Shown: positions 8,201-17,605, counted from the stretch's first letter. The stretch: DNA of 64,000 bases from Candidatus Flemingiibacterium sp. (GCA_045578725.1 JAZNKS010000105.1:1423-65422); one strand, 5' to 3'. The notes: generated by a model not told the origin, from the sequence alone. Translations and numbers: made by a program.

Positions 8201-9313
8201 ACGGTGGACAAGATCCACGAGGGCGAGAACAACACGCTGAAGCTTATCGAGAGCGGCCGCGTCGATTATGTCATCTCCACCTCCGCGAAGGGCCGTATCC
8301 CGACCCGCGACAGTGTAAAAATCCGCCGCAAGACGGTCGAGCGTGCAATCCCCTGCCTGACCTCCATCGACACCGCCAATGCGGTTGCCGACTGCCTCAA
8401 GAGCCGCTATTCGCAGATTTCAACTGAGCTTGTCAACATCAACGATATGCGTGCCGAGAAGGCTGCTCTTGAATTCACCAAGATGCAGGGCTGCGGCAAT
8501 GACTATATCTACTTCAACTGCTTTACCCAGAAGATTGACAATCCCGAAGGCCTGAGCATCCGGTTCGCTGACCGTCACTTCGGAATCGGCGGCGACGGTG
8601 CGGTTCTGATGTATCCCTCCGATGTAGCCGATGTCAGGATGCGTATGTTCAATCTGGATGGCACCGAAGGTAAGATGTGCGGCAATGCCGTTCGCTGTAT
8701 CGCCAAATACATCGTTGACAATAAGATTGCCGATAAGGATAATGTCACGGTAGAAACCCTCAGCGGCATCCGCGAGGTTCATGTCGACAAGGTCGATGGC
8801 GTGGTTACCTGGGCCACCGTCAATATGGGCAAGGCCGAGCTGAATCCGACCATGATCCCGGTCAAGCTCCCCGGTCATTCCGTAATCGGCGCCTTCACGA
8901 GCATCGCCGGCGGGCGCTACCGCATTACCTGCGTATCGATGGGCAATCCGCACTGCGTTGTCTTCTGCGACGATCTGAAGATGCACATTGATGAAATCGA
9001 TCTGGCTTCCATCGGCCCCAAGTTTGAAAACGATCCTCTCTTCCCCGAGCGGGTCAACACCGAATTCATCAAGATCCTGAACCCCACAACGCTCAAGATG
9101 CGCGTTTGGGAGCGCGGGTCAGGTGAAACCTTTGCCTGCGGCACCGGCGCCTGTGCGGCCGTTGTAGCGGCCGTAGAGAACGGCTACTGTCCGAAGGGCG
9201 AAGAGATCACAGTCAAGCTTCCCGGCGGCGATCTGAAGATCCGCTACACCGATGAAGCGGTTTACCTCTCCGGCGCCTGTGAAAAGGTCTACGAGGGCCG
9301 CGTCGAGCTGTAA
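5252..9313 (+). CDS. carB: carbamoyl-phosphate synthase large subunit fused to a C-terminal diaminopimelate epimerase (DapF, ~8468-9313)
   Basis: IGSGPIVIGQAAEFDY, two ATP-grasp halves and an MGS domain, then FTKMQGCGNDY...MCGNAVRC...SMGNPH...NTEF...RVWERGSGETFACGTGAC in one uninterrupted frame. Confidence 0.96.
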   Translation: MPLRKDIKKVMVIGSGPIVIGQAAEFDYAGTQACRALKEDGLEVVLVNSNPATIMTDNAMADEVYIEPLTLPTIKRIIEKERPDSLLSTLGGQTGLTLSMQLAKEGFLDKMGVKLLGANPETIDKAEDRQMFKDTMMKIGQPCIPSTVVNDLEAALDFAHANGYPLILRPAFTLGGTGGGIANNEDEFIEITNTGLHASPIHQVLVEKCVSGWKEIEFEVMRDSAGNVITICSMENVDPVGVHTGDSVVVAPAVTLSDKEYQMLRSAALSIIDELKIEGGCNCQFALHPESFEYAVIEVNPRVSRSSALASKATGYPIAKVAAKIAIGYTLPEILNAVTGTTYACFEPTIDYMVVKFPKWPFDKFVYAKRTLGTQMKATGEVMAIGTTFEQAMMKAVRGVEIGMTSLSHAKYRSLSDEDVASRLHNVDDERLFIVYEALRRGVSVDEIHSITMIDEWFLCKFLNLIAMEKQLASGVLDDALYLGAKKLGFPDKLIEELNGNKLPAGMHRSAVYKVVDTCAAEVSAETPYFYSTYDEENEAREFIDNHKDPAKKTVIVFGSGPIRIGQGIEFDYASVHCVWSLKKAGYDVVIVNNNPETVSTDFDTADRLYFEPLTPEDVMNIIETEKPYGVVVAFGGQTAIKLTKFMYENGVNILGTSADSIDAAEDRERFDALLEEHHIERPTGFTVMSTEEALTIANRVGYPVLMRPSYVLGGQNMIIAFNDDDIKEYMAIILANNIENPVLIDKYLMGIELEVDAICDGEDILIPGIMEHVERTGIHSGDSIAVYPSWNISDKLRAEILDCTKKLSVSLKIMGLVNIQYLIYKDQLYVIEVNPRSSRTIPYISKVTGVPMVDLATRCMLGEKLADMGYGTGIYKTSPYVAVKVPVFSFEKLMNVDNHLGPEMKSTGEVLGLASTREEALYKGLVAAGYTMKKNGGVFITVRDSDKSEIADTAKRFYDLGFELYATRGTARILDDYGLPVTTVDKIHEGENNTLKLIESGRVDYVISTSAKGRIPTRDSVKIRRKTVERAIPCLTSIDTANAVADCLKSRYSQISTELVNINDMRAEKAALEFTKMQGCGNDYIYFNCFTQKIDNPEGLSIRFADRHFGIGGDGAVLMYPSDVADVRMRMFNLDGTEGKMCGNAVRCIAKYIVDNKIADKDNVTVETLSGIREVHVDKVDGVVTWATVNMGKAELNPTMIPVKLPGHSVIGAFTSIAGGRYRITCVSMGNPHCVVFCDDLKMHIDEIDLASIGPKFENDPLFPERVNTEFIKILNPTTLKMRVWERGSGETFACGTGACAAVVAAVENGYCPKGEEITVKLPGGDLKIRYTDEAVYLSGACEKVYEGRVEL

Positions 9314-9330
9314 ACCATCCCCTAAATAAG

Positions 9331-9368
9331 AGAACCTCCCGCAGTTTTCATCTGCGGGAGGTTTTTTC
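9331..9368 (+). terminator. intrinsic terminator after carB-dapF
   Basis: AACCTCCCGCAG/CTGCGGGAGGTT stem followed by T-tract. Confidence 0.8.
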
Positions 9369-9405
9369 TGTAAATTACCGCCACAACCGTGACCTCTTCA
9401 AGACC

Positions 9406-9438
9406 AAAAAAGAAGCGCTGCTTTGCAGCGCTTCTTTT
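9406..9438 (-). terminator. intrinsic terminator of the large transporter operon (bidirectional shape)
   Basis: AAAAGAAGCGCTGC-ttt-GCAGCGCTTCTTTT perfect inverted repeat. Confidence 0.8.
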
Positions 9439-9453
9439 GATGGATCGATTTGA

Positions 9454-10512
9454 TTAACCAACGATACCGGAACGCTCGATACCGCCGATCAGGTATCTCT
9501 GAAGGAAGACATACATGATAAGCAGGGGAGCGAGGATCAGCAGACCGCAGGTGTTGCGGATCGCGGATTCGTAGAGGTTCTGGGCCGCATATACGGTATC
9601 CAGAGTCTTCGGAATGGCGATAACGTCGGGCATCAGTACGCTCGATGCCTTGGTGAAGAAGACGGTGGTGTAGAAGTTATCCGTCCACTGCCACGAGAAG
9701 GCAAAGAGGAAGATGGTGATCATCATCGGGACAGACAGCGGGAGAATGATCTGGATGAAGGTACGGAATACGCCGCTTCCGTCGATGTAAGCCGACTCTT
9801 CCAGCTCATCCGGTACGCCCTGGAAGAACTGACGCATCATGAAGATGTACAGACCGTTCTTAAAGGCGAGACCGCCGAGTGACAGGAGTGCCAGGGGCCA
9901 GTAGGAGTTATTGAGGTTCAGTGATGTAAACGGTATTACATTCAAGCCCTCAAACATACCGCCGCCGAGCAGATTGAAAATGCCAAGGATATCGAAGTAA
10001 CGGAACTTCATGAACATCGAAAGCTGGAGAGTTCTGTGAGGAACAACCATCGTAAAGATAACGAGGAGGAAGACCAGCTTGTTACCCTTGAACTTGAACT
10101 TGGACAGACCGTAGCCGATCAGGCAGCATACGAAGGTCTGAATCAAGCCGCAGAGTACAGAAAGGGTAAAGGTGTTCAGAAGTGCAGTCAAATACTTGTT
10201 TTCACTGATGATAGCCTTGTAGGTATCCAGCGTCGGGTACTTCGGGATCAGCTTAACCGTTACGTCAACGAAGTCCTCACGGCTCATGAAAGAGCCGGAG
10301 ATCTTCGCAAAGAACGGGAACAGAATGACGTACGAAATACCGATCAGCAGGACATACTTGAAGATGTTGACGACAACCGTCGTGAAGAAGTTGAGATTCA
10401 GAAACTTCGCCTTAAGACGTTCCTTCAGAGGGGTTCTTTCAAACTCAACCTTGATTGTGTTCTTGCTCTCCTTGGTAATGCGGGGAGCCTGCTGTACCTG
10501 TTGAGAATTCAT
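9454..10512 (-). CDS. carbohydrate ABC transporter permease (MalG-like), second pair
   Basis: Six TM segments; EAA loop ELEESAYIDGSG; ends GIERSGIVG. Confidence 0.92.
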   Translation of the reverse strand: MNSQQVQQAPRITKESKNTIKVEFERTPLKERLKAKFLNLNFFTTVVVNIFKYVLLIGISYVILFPFFAKISGSFMSREDFVDVTVKLIPKYPTLDTYKAIISENKYLTALLNTFTLSVLCGLIQTFVCCLIGYGLSKFKFKGNKLVFLLVIFTMVVPHRTLQLSMFMKFRYFDILGIFNLLGGGMFEGLNVIPFTSLNLNNSYWPLALLSLGGLAFKNGLYIFMMRQFFQGVPDELEESAYIDGSGVFRTFIQIILPLSVPMMITIFLFAFSWQWTDNFYTTVFFTKASSVLMPDVIAIPKTLDTVYAAQNLYESAIRNTCGLLILAPLLIMYVFLQRYLIGGIERSGIVG

Positions 10513-10524
10513 TGTTATCCCTCC

Positions 10525-11499
10525 TTAATCGCGTTTCTGATAGAAGACATAGCTGGAAAGCATAGCTGCGACAACACCGATGATCAACATAACGATCAGG
10601 AAGTAAATCCAGGACATTGCCGAGCTGAGTACGTTACCGCCAGCCTTATCGTATACCGTCGAGATGTAGCTCATGACCGTGTTGGACTGCGAAGTAAACG
10701 AGTCAATGACCGTATAAATCGAGTTAACCAGGATCATCGGGCTGATCATCGGGAAGGTAATCTTCCAGAAGGTTTCCCAGCCGGTTGCACCGTCAATCGA
10801 GCACGATTCGTAAATCGCGGGAGAGATGGACTGCAGACCTGCGAGGTAAATCAGCATCTGTACACCGGAACGGTTGATGATATTGTAGATGTTGTTAACC
10901 ATCGTAACAACGTACTCAACCAGCTCGGTACCGACCTTCATGTTCTGGAACAGAACCTCGATATCGACAGCCGACAGAATTTCCGATGTGGTATTCTGTC
11001 CGGAACCGTCCGAGATGCCTTCTTCGGTGTTCTCCATGTAGTCAAGCATGGTGTTCGCCTGGTCGATCTTATCGATCAGACCGGTCGAAATGATAACCGG
11101 AATAAAGAAGATTGCACGGAACGCTGCGCGTCCAACCATCTTCGTATTCAGTATGACAGCCATGAAGAGCGAGAAAATAACAATTGCGGGGATATCAAAG
11201 ATCAGCTGCTGAATACCGGATGTCAGCGTCTGAACGAACTGCGGGTCAACGAAGAGAGCTTCCTGATAGTTCTCCCAGCCGACGTATTCCAGCGTATAAC
11301 CGCCGCCCTGACCGATCTTGATCTTATTGAAGCTGTACTTGATCGAGTCAATAATGATCGGCAGGTAGATGATGATAAAGCTGATTACGAACGGGGATAC
11401 GAACACCCAACCCGCACGGGCTTTTTTCTTTTCAAGAGAGGCTCCGCGTCTTCTTTTCTTAGGCGCGCCAACTTTTGAAAGCTTTACTTCACTATTCAA
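10525..11499 (-). CDS. carbohydrate ABC transporter permease (MalF-like), second pair
   Basis: YVGWENY; LAGLQSISPAIYESCSIDGATGWETFWKITFP EAA region. Confidence 0.92.
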   Translation of the reverse strand: MNSEVKLSKVGAPKKRRRGASLEKKKARAGWVFVSPFVISFIIIYLPIIIDSIKYSFNKIKIGQGGGYTLEYVGWENYQEALFVDPQFVQTLTSGIQQLIFDIPAIVIFSLFMAVILNTKMVGRAAFRAIFFIPVIISTGLIDKIDQANTMLDYMENTEEGISDGSGQNTTSEILSAVDIEVLFQNMKVGTELVEYVVTMVNNIYNIINRSGVQMLIYLAGLQSISPAIYESCSIDGATGWETFWKITFPMISPMILVNSIYTVIDSFTSQSNTVMSYISTVYDKAGGNVLSSAMSWIYFLIVMLIIGVVAAMLSSYVFYQKRD

Positions 11500-11519
11500 T
11501 TTGTAACACCTCTCTTTAC

Positions 11520-14500
11520 TTATTTAACCTTTACGAAATCGAGGGCACCGATGGTATAGGTCTTACCGTTGTCCTCAACCGTAATCTCGAAGCTGTTGTA
11601 GTTCAGGATGAACGACTTGCCGCCCTCGTAAGTTACCTTAACAATGCGTCCGTCGTCGGAAGTGTACTTCGTGTAGACATATCCGTCGGGGGACACCTTC
11701 GGCTTCTCTTCCAGTACAGGAATTTCAACTACAGGAATGTCCTGGACCTCACGTCCGTCACGGGCTGCAAGGCGCTCTTCGAGCTTCCTGCGCTTTTCTT
11801 CCTTCTCCTTCGCAATCTTCTCAGCTTCAGCCTTAGCCTCTGCGATAGCATCAGCTGCTTCCTTATCGGCTGCAACCTCTTCAGCGGAAGGTACGCGCTC
11901 ACCCAGCAGGAACTCATGGCCTACGATCTTCTTATCCTGAAGATCGGCAAGAGCCTCGTTCAGAGTGGTGTAGAGCTCAACAACGTCTTCCTTCCAGATA
12001 TCAAAGGATACGGAGTAGTACTTGTTGAATTCAATGTCTTCCTTCAGAAGCGAAGTGTTCTGGCAGGAAAGCACGAAGTACATGGAAGCACCATTCTCAA
12101 TTGCCTTCAGAAGCTCATACTTGGTATCACCGGCCATGTTGATCGGCGTACCGGCAAAGTTGAGGCTTCCGTGGAGAACCATGCCCATGAAGGGTACGGC
12201 TTCGCTGGCGTTCGAGAAGCGGCTGGAGTCGAGGGCTACGTTGATCATATGATCAACATAGGGATAAACATAAGCGTTGCCGCCGTCAACCATGACACTC
12301 TTGTAATCCTCACTGATCTGTGCCAGCAGGTCGGTAGTGAATTCGCGGGAGTCCTCACGGTTGTAGGGATCCTTCTTATCAAAGTCGGAGTTCAGGTCGG
12401 TACCGAGGGTGGATACAGACAGGCCGCTGGGCGACAGCTTCTGCATTTCCTCGTTGAAATGCTCGTAGAAGTAATCAAATACGGAAGGCGAGATAGCCAG
12501 GGACCAGCCGCGGACGAAGTCCTGCAGCGTGGAGTCGTAATACCGCTTGGAGGTATAACGGTTGTCCATGGTCTTGACCAGGTGCTTTCTGTAGGTGATG
12601 CCGTCAAACATTTCGGTGGCACCAACGTTTACAAAGTCGAAGTCCGGATATACGCCGATACCGTTCTGTTCAGCGTAAGCAACAAATTCGGTGAATCCGT
12701 CATTGCCGCCGACTTCCTTTTCAAACTTGACCTTATACGGTACGATATCGTTCATACCGCCGTTGGCATAACCGGTCAGCTTGTAGTTAACATTGGTGAT
12801 TCCTGCTTCAGACAGGGTGGTGTACATATTCTTCAGGTCATCGAACGTGGTCAGGGGCTTGAGAACCTCAACCGGGATCGAAAGAATTCTTTCGATGGTG
12901 TTCAGAGCACCGAAGGTTTCGATGTACAGCGGGATGGAATCCTTTACGTCGGTAAGATCGGTGAGCTTACCTTCGTTCTTCAGATAATCTCTGTAAGCTG
13001 CTGCCATACCGACATAGCTTGCTTCGTAATAATCCTTCAGACCGGAATCCTTAGCCAGCTCTTCTTCGGTCAGCATGATGTACTTGATACGGTAGCTTCC
13101 GGTGTACTTACGCTCGGAAACAACGGTGTAGGTAGCATTCTGACCGACCGAGATGGACTCTGCCAGGTTGTAGGAGTCCTTCGGTCTGGGATAGAAGGTG
13201 GTGTAAACGGTGTTGTACTTGTGAAGGGTACCGCCGTGAACCGAGCTGATTTCAGCCAGCGAGTCACCTTCTTCAAGAATTGCGAGGAAGCCATTGGTGG
13301 GCTTCACATAGGTATCAGCAGGAACTTCAGGTGCAGCGGGAGCTGCGGGATCGGTTCCTTCGGTGGTTTCGGTATCAACCGTGGGAGCGGCATCCTCCGG
13401 AACAGCCTCAACGAGGTCGTTGGTTTCAACGACACCGTATACAGGAAGTCTCATAACTTCCTTGTGCTCACCGGATACAACCTGGTAAGCGTAGTCCTGA
13501 CCGTAAAGCTTACCGGTCAGAGTTACCGGCTTGGAGGTAACGTCCTCGAAGCGGATCAGAGTACCGGAACCGTCGGGAATGAAGGTGTAGCCTCTGTATT
13601 CCGCTGCGCCGGCGCCGAAGTAAGGCAGCAGGCTGATGTAGGTCAGCTGGTAGGTACTCTCGTCGAAACGGATACCGTTTGCGGGAAGACGTACATCCAG
13701 GGATCCGTCTTCATCCAGGGTGTATTCGAGGGAAAGACGGAAGAGAACCGGTGCACGGTCAGCACCTTCGTATTGAGTGATGCCATGGTCTTCTTCGAGC
13801 GTTTCGTAGGTGTACTCGGGGCAGTATTCCTTGATCCAAGCCTCGATCATGTTCAGCTCACGATCCGATGCCTGCGGGTCGAAGACGTAAATTGCCATCT
13901 CCTCGGTGATCGGGAACGTTGCGCGAAGCTCACGCTGTGCACGCTCTGTCAGAGTGGGATCATAGGGATCCTTCAGCTGATAGAACGCTTCGAACTTCTT
14001 CCAGGCGGGGCTGTCCTGGGGGATATTCGCCAGAATCAGTTCCTCATAGCGCTCTCTCTTGATGTGCTTCGGAACGAGCTTACGGGTTTCCTCACGGCCC
14101 ATCGTGTATTCGACGCGGACACCGTTCTTGATCTTCTTAACGTTGATCTGGCCTCTCTGGCACGCTTCGGTGAAGCTCAGCAGATTCAGCTCGGAGTCAT
14201 TGTCAGTATACTTGATGATGATCTGCGAAAGCAGCTCTTCCTTGACGGACGAAGACGATGCGGTCTGCGACACATCATAGGGGTTGGAGAAGAGGATCTG
14301 ACCGGTCTTGTTGTTTACATAAGCAAACTCACCGGAAACAGGCTCTACATAGAAAGCGTAGTTGCCTTTTTCAAGGTACTTCGTCATCGTAGCCAGCTTA
14401 GCCTGGGGGGTATCAAATACCTCAGTCAGGTAAGCGATGGTAGGCTTACCGGTTTCGGGATCAAGTCCCGGAACCAGCTCCTCTTCTGCCGCAAATGCGG

Positions 14501-14573
14501 GAACCGCGGATGCGAGCATACCTAAGACCATAACAACAGTCAGGAACGCCGATAATAATCTGAATTTTTTCAT
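11520..14573 (-). CDS. large secreted protein, DUF5696-like (predicted glycoside-hydrolase-like barrel)
   Basis: Sec signal peptide; LLPYFGA, GYTFIPDGSGTLI, LPVYG, GYANGG, VPFMGMVLHG and LLKAIENGA motifs recalled from DUF5696 proteins found in this gene context. Confidence 0.7.
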   Translation of the reverse strand: MKKFRLLSAFLTVVMVLGMLASAVPAFAAEEELVPGLDPETGKPTIAYLTEVFDTPQAKLATMTKYLEKGNYAFYVEPVSGEFAYVNNKTGQILFSNPYDVSQTASSSSVKEELLSQIIIKYTDNDSELNLLSFTEACQRGQINVKKIKNGVRVEYTMGREETRKLVPKHIKRERYEELILANIPQDSPAWKKFEAFYQLKDPYDPTLTERAQRELRATFPITEEMAIYVFDPQASDRELNMIEAWIKEYCPEYTYETLEEDHGITQYEGADRAPVLFRLSLEYTLDEDGSLDVRLPANGIRFDESTYQLTYISLLPYFGAGAAEYRGYTFIPDGSGTLIRFEDVTSKPVTLTGKLYGQDYAYQVVSGEHKEVMRLPVYGVVETNDLVEAVPEDAAPTVDTETTEGTDPAAPAAPEVPADTYVKPTNGFLAILEEGDSLAEISSVHGGTLHKYNTVYTTFYPRPKDSYNLAESISVGQNATYTVVSERKYTGSYRIKYIMLTEEELAKDSGLKDYYEASYVGMAAAYRDYLKNEGKLTDLTDVKDSIPLYIETFGALNTIERILSIPVEVLKPLTTFDDLKNMYTTLSEAGITNVNYKLTGYANGGMNDIVPYKVKFEKEVGGNDGFTEFVAYAEQNGIGVYPDFDFVNVGATEMFDGITYRKHLVKTMDNRYTSKRYYDSTLQDFVRGWSLAISPSVFDYFYEHFNEEMQKLSPSGLSVSTLGTDLNSDFDKKDPYNREDSREFTTDLLAQISEDYKSVMVDGGNAYVYPYVDHMINVALDSSRFSNASEAVPFMGMVLHGSLNFAGTPINMAGDTKYELLKAIENGASMYFVLSCQNTSLLKEDIEFNKYYSVSFDIWKEDVVELYTTLNEALADLQDKKIVGHEFLLGERVPSAEEVAADKEAADAIAEAKAEAEKIAKEKEEKRRKLEERLAARDGREVQDIPVVEIPVLEEKPKVSPDGYVYTKYTSDDGRIVKVTYEGGKSFILNYNSFEITVEDNGKTYTIGALDFVKVK

Positions 14574-14596
14574 TTACTATAACTCCTATCCTGTTA

Positions 14597-16720
14597 TTAC
14601 ATTCTGAATGTGATTTCGGTAATGATGCTGGAGATGAAGCTTACAATCTTGGCAAGCAGCGTGGAGAACAGAATGCCGATAAACATGATGATCGCCATAC
14701 CAACAATGGTACCAAGAGAAGTAAGAATGTTCTTCGAGAAGGTGTAGTCGTGTGTTACCATCATGCCAAAGAAGATCAGCAGACCTGCCCAGATGAAGGC
14801 AAAGGATACAAGCAGATTGATGATTGTAGCTTCGCTTTCAATGGAGAAGTTGGAGAGGATAACAGACGGGATAATGAGCAGCGGAATCGGAACAAGCGAG
14901 TAGCAGGTTGCAATCCAGATATCCTTGAAGCTTCCTTCACCGTCGAACAGCGTGGTCAGACACCAGTTGGCAACCGCCCAGAGAAGGACAGGAACCAAAA
15001 CGCCGGTGAGCTGAACGATGATGGTGGACATACCCGGATAAGGATTGAAGATGTAGCCGGTACCAACATCCTGATAGTAGAAGGTCAGAACGGCAAGAGC
15101 AACCCAAACGAGTGAAGCTCTTACGGAACCGCGGTACTCATGCTTCAGATCCCAGAAACCGTCGAACGGATGGAAGATAACGTGGTGAGCGTAAACGAGC
15201 TCTTCCCAGAAAGTCTTTCTTCCCTTCTTGAGCTGTGTCTTCTTATTGAGTTTGGTTGCATATTTGCCGAAGAGGACAAGTAAAACAACCAATGCAATAA
15301 CAATAATCGGGATCAGAATAATGTACTTGGAGATCCAGTTCTTACGGATTTCCTTGAAGGATTCGGAATAGTTGGTCGTGTCATAAGCAGACTTGTAGTA
15401 CTCCAGGGACTCTTCGTAGTCAGCACTTCTGTACAGGGACTTACCGATTCCGATGTAGGCAGCATCGAAGTTGTTGTTTCTCTTCAGGATTTCGGTCCAG
15501 TAGTCAACGGTCGTATCATAGTTACGCTCGTTGGTGTTGCGGATCGCATCCAGAAGCAGATCGCCGTACTCGGTGCGGCGGAATACCGAAATGCTGTCAG
15601 ATGTTTTGTCGAGGATCAGAATGTCCGTATCGAGATAGGTGATCGCTTCAATCGACTGAATGCTGCCCAGCTGCATACCCTTGTCGCCGAAGATGAACAG
15701 CAGGTTGCCGTCTTCGTCGTAGGTGTATACCTTCTGACGCTTTTCGTCGATAATAGACCAGGTCTTTTCCGGACCGATTGCAACGTCGATGATCTTGGAA
15801 GGACCGGTGATCTCGGAAGTGGACAGGTTGGAAATGTTTACTTCACCGCCGGGACCGAAGAATCCGTTACGCTTCATGATGTCCGAACCGGCCGTATTGA
15901 GCATCTTGACCGGAGCGTAGGTACCATCCTTGCTGGTGATCGCTGCCTGCTGCGAGCTCTCGTTAACCGAGGAAGTGGTTACATAGATGAAGCCGTTTTC
16001 ATCGATCGTACAGTTGTTGAACTCGGTGGAAACGTACTGCTGCGAAAGCTTACGCTGTTCCTCGGTCTGGAATCTTCTCCAGATGATATCCAGAGCGCTG
16101 ATCGTTACCTTCTGAGCACCGATGAAGCCCTGGAAATCGCCGTCTTCATTGATGGCGATGATACCCATGTAGGTGGTGGAGGAAACAACGTAAATACGTC
16201 CGTAAGCGTCAACAGCCAGTGCAACCGGCTTATAGATCGAACCGGCCGGGAATACGTCCGCATCCGGCTCTTCAATAATCTTATAGAAAGAACCGTCGCG
16301 CTCGAACATAACAATACGGTTGTTGTCGGTGTCCGCTACATAGATCTTATCTTCCGTAACGAAGACACCGGAGGGGCTCTTCAGAGAGTCCGGAACGCCG
16401 TTTAAGTTCGTAAATTCCTTGATGTAGAACTTGAGCTTAAAATACCGGTCAAGAACTACGATACGGTTGTTGGCTGCGTCTGCGATGTAGATGTTCTTCT
16501 GCTTATCGACAACGAGGTCGCGGGGATCATCAATCGCAGGCTCTACACCCATGTAAGCGGAATCGATGGTGCGGTCGGGTGTATAAGCATCCGGGGACAT
16601 CAGAGCGAAGCCGTCGATGGAATAGGTGTAGGTGGAGTAAGGCGTAATAGCGCTTACCGGGAGGCAGCCGATGACGAGCATCAGGCAGGCTGCGAGGGCA
16701 AGTATTCTCGAAATTTTCAT
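14597..16720 (-). CDS. NHL-repeat beta-propeller / TPR / Yip1-domain membrane protein
   Basis: Signal peptide; repeated IYIADxxNNRIV NHL units; TPR-like AYIGIGKSLYRSADYEESLEYY; TM helix; FHPFDGFWDLK followed by 5-6 TM Yip1 domain. Confidence 0.82.
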   Translation of the reverse strand: MKISRILALAACLMLVIGCLPVSAITPYSTYTYSIDGFALMSPDAYTPDRTIDSAYMGVEPAIDDPRDLVVDKQKNIYIADAANNRIVVLDRYFKLKFYIKEFTNLNGVPDSLKSPSGVFVTEDKIYVADTDNNRIVMFERDGSFYKIIEEPDADVFPAGSIYKPVALAVDAYGRIYVVSSTTYMGIIAINEDGDFQGFIGAQKVTISALDIIWRRFQTEEQRKLSQQYVSTEFNNCTIDENGFIYVTTSSVNESSQQAAITSKDGTYAPVKMLNTAGSDIMKRNGFFGPGGEVNISNLSTSEITGPSKIIDVAIGPEKTWSIIDEKRQKVYTYDEDGNLLFIFGDKGMQLGSIQSIEAITYLDTDILILDKTSDSISVFRRTEYGDLLLDAIRNTNERNYDTTVDYWTEILKRNNNFDAAYIGIGKSLYRSADYEESLEYYKSAYDTTNYSESFKEIRKNWISKYIILIPIIVIALVVLLVLFGKYATKLNKKTQLKKGRKTFWEELVYAHHVIFHPFDGFWDLKHEYRGSVRASLVWVALAVLTFYYQDVGTGYIFNPYPGMSTIIVQLTGVLVPVLLWAVANWCLTTLFDGEGSFKDIWIATCYSLVPIPLLIIPSVILSNFSIESEATIINLLVSFAFIWAGLLIFFGMMVTHDYTFSKNILTSLGTIVGMAIIMFIGILFSTLLAKIVSFISSIITEITFRM

Positions 16721-16731
16721 ATTTACCCTCC

Positions 16732-17604
16732 TTAGTCTTTCATACCCGAAGAGCCCATCGTTTCAATGATGTTACTCTGCGAGATAACGAATACGGCAAT
16801 CGGAACGGCCATCATGATAACCGTGGATGCAGCAGCCGCACCGGCACGGGCGATACCGCCGTTAACGATCTGGCCGATCGCGTAGTTAAAGGTCTTCAGC
16901 TGCTCGGAATAGATGTAGATCGAGCCGCCGGCATTCCACAGACCCTGGAAGGAGTAGATGATCAGGGTCAGCCAGGCCGGCTTAACCATCGGCATCGCAA
17001 TCCGTAAGAAGGTGTAGAATTCGGATGCACCGTCCAGACGCGCCGATTCAAGAACGGAGTCCGGAACGGAGGTTTCCATGAAGTTCTTCATGAGGTACAG
17101 ACCGAGGGAAGTACACCAAGCCGGAACGACCAGAGCAAGGTAGGTATCAACCCAGTGAAGGGTACTCATGGTGAGGAAGTTTGCGATACCGGTAACGGTG
17201 GAGTTGAACATCAGCGAAAGAACGATGACTTCAAAGATCCATTTGCGGCCGGGGAAGTTGATCTTCGACAGCGCATAAGCAGCCAGCGAGGAGAGGATCA
17301 GGTTACCGGCTGTACCGGCTACGGAAATGAATACCGTGTTGAAGATGTAACGCGAGAAAGGTACCCAGGAGGTTCCCATCAGGCGGAACAGGTCAGCGAA
17401 GTTCTTGAACGTAGGCGAAACAACGTAGAAGCGCGGCGGGAACATCCACAGCTCATCCAGCGGCTTCAGCGACTGCATGACCGTGTAGAGCATCGGGATG
17501 AACATGAAAGCGCCGAGGAGGATCAGCATCGTATTGATGCCGATATCGCCGCCAACCGAACGGTTGAGGACAACTTTATGTTTTCTGGTTCTTAACTTTG
17601 CCAT
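16732..17604 (-). CDS. carbohydrate ABC transporter permease (MalG-like), first pair
   Basis: SLKPLDELWMFPP; VPDSVLESARLDGASE EAA loop. Confidence 0.93.
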   Translation of the reverse strand: MAKLRTRKHKVVLNRSVGGDIGINTMLILLGAFMFIPMLYTVMQSLKPLDELWMFPPRFYVVSPTFKNFADLFRLMGTSWVPFSRYIFNTVFISVAGTAGNLILSSLAAYALSKINFPGRKWIFEVIVLSLMFNSTVTGIANFLTMSTLHWVDTYLALVVPAWCTSLGLYLMKNFMETSVPDSVLESARLDGASEFYTFLRIAMPMVKPAWLTLIIYSFQGLWNAGGSIYIYSEQLKTFNYAIGQIVNGGIARAGAAAASTVIMMAVPIAVFVISQSNIIETMGSSGMKD

Positions 17605-17605
17605 A

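Noticed and set aside
11475..14525. 1016-aa plus-strand ORF, and similar long antisense ORFs (5243-7951, 10036-11478, 44098-45633, 47835-49451, 58840-60678)
   Set aside because: Codon-register mirrors of well-supported genes; expected when TTA/CTA/TCA codons are rare on the coding strand.
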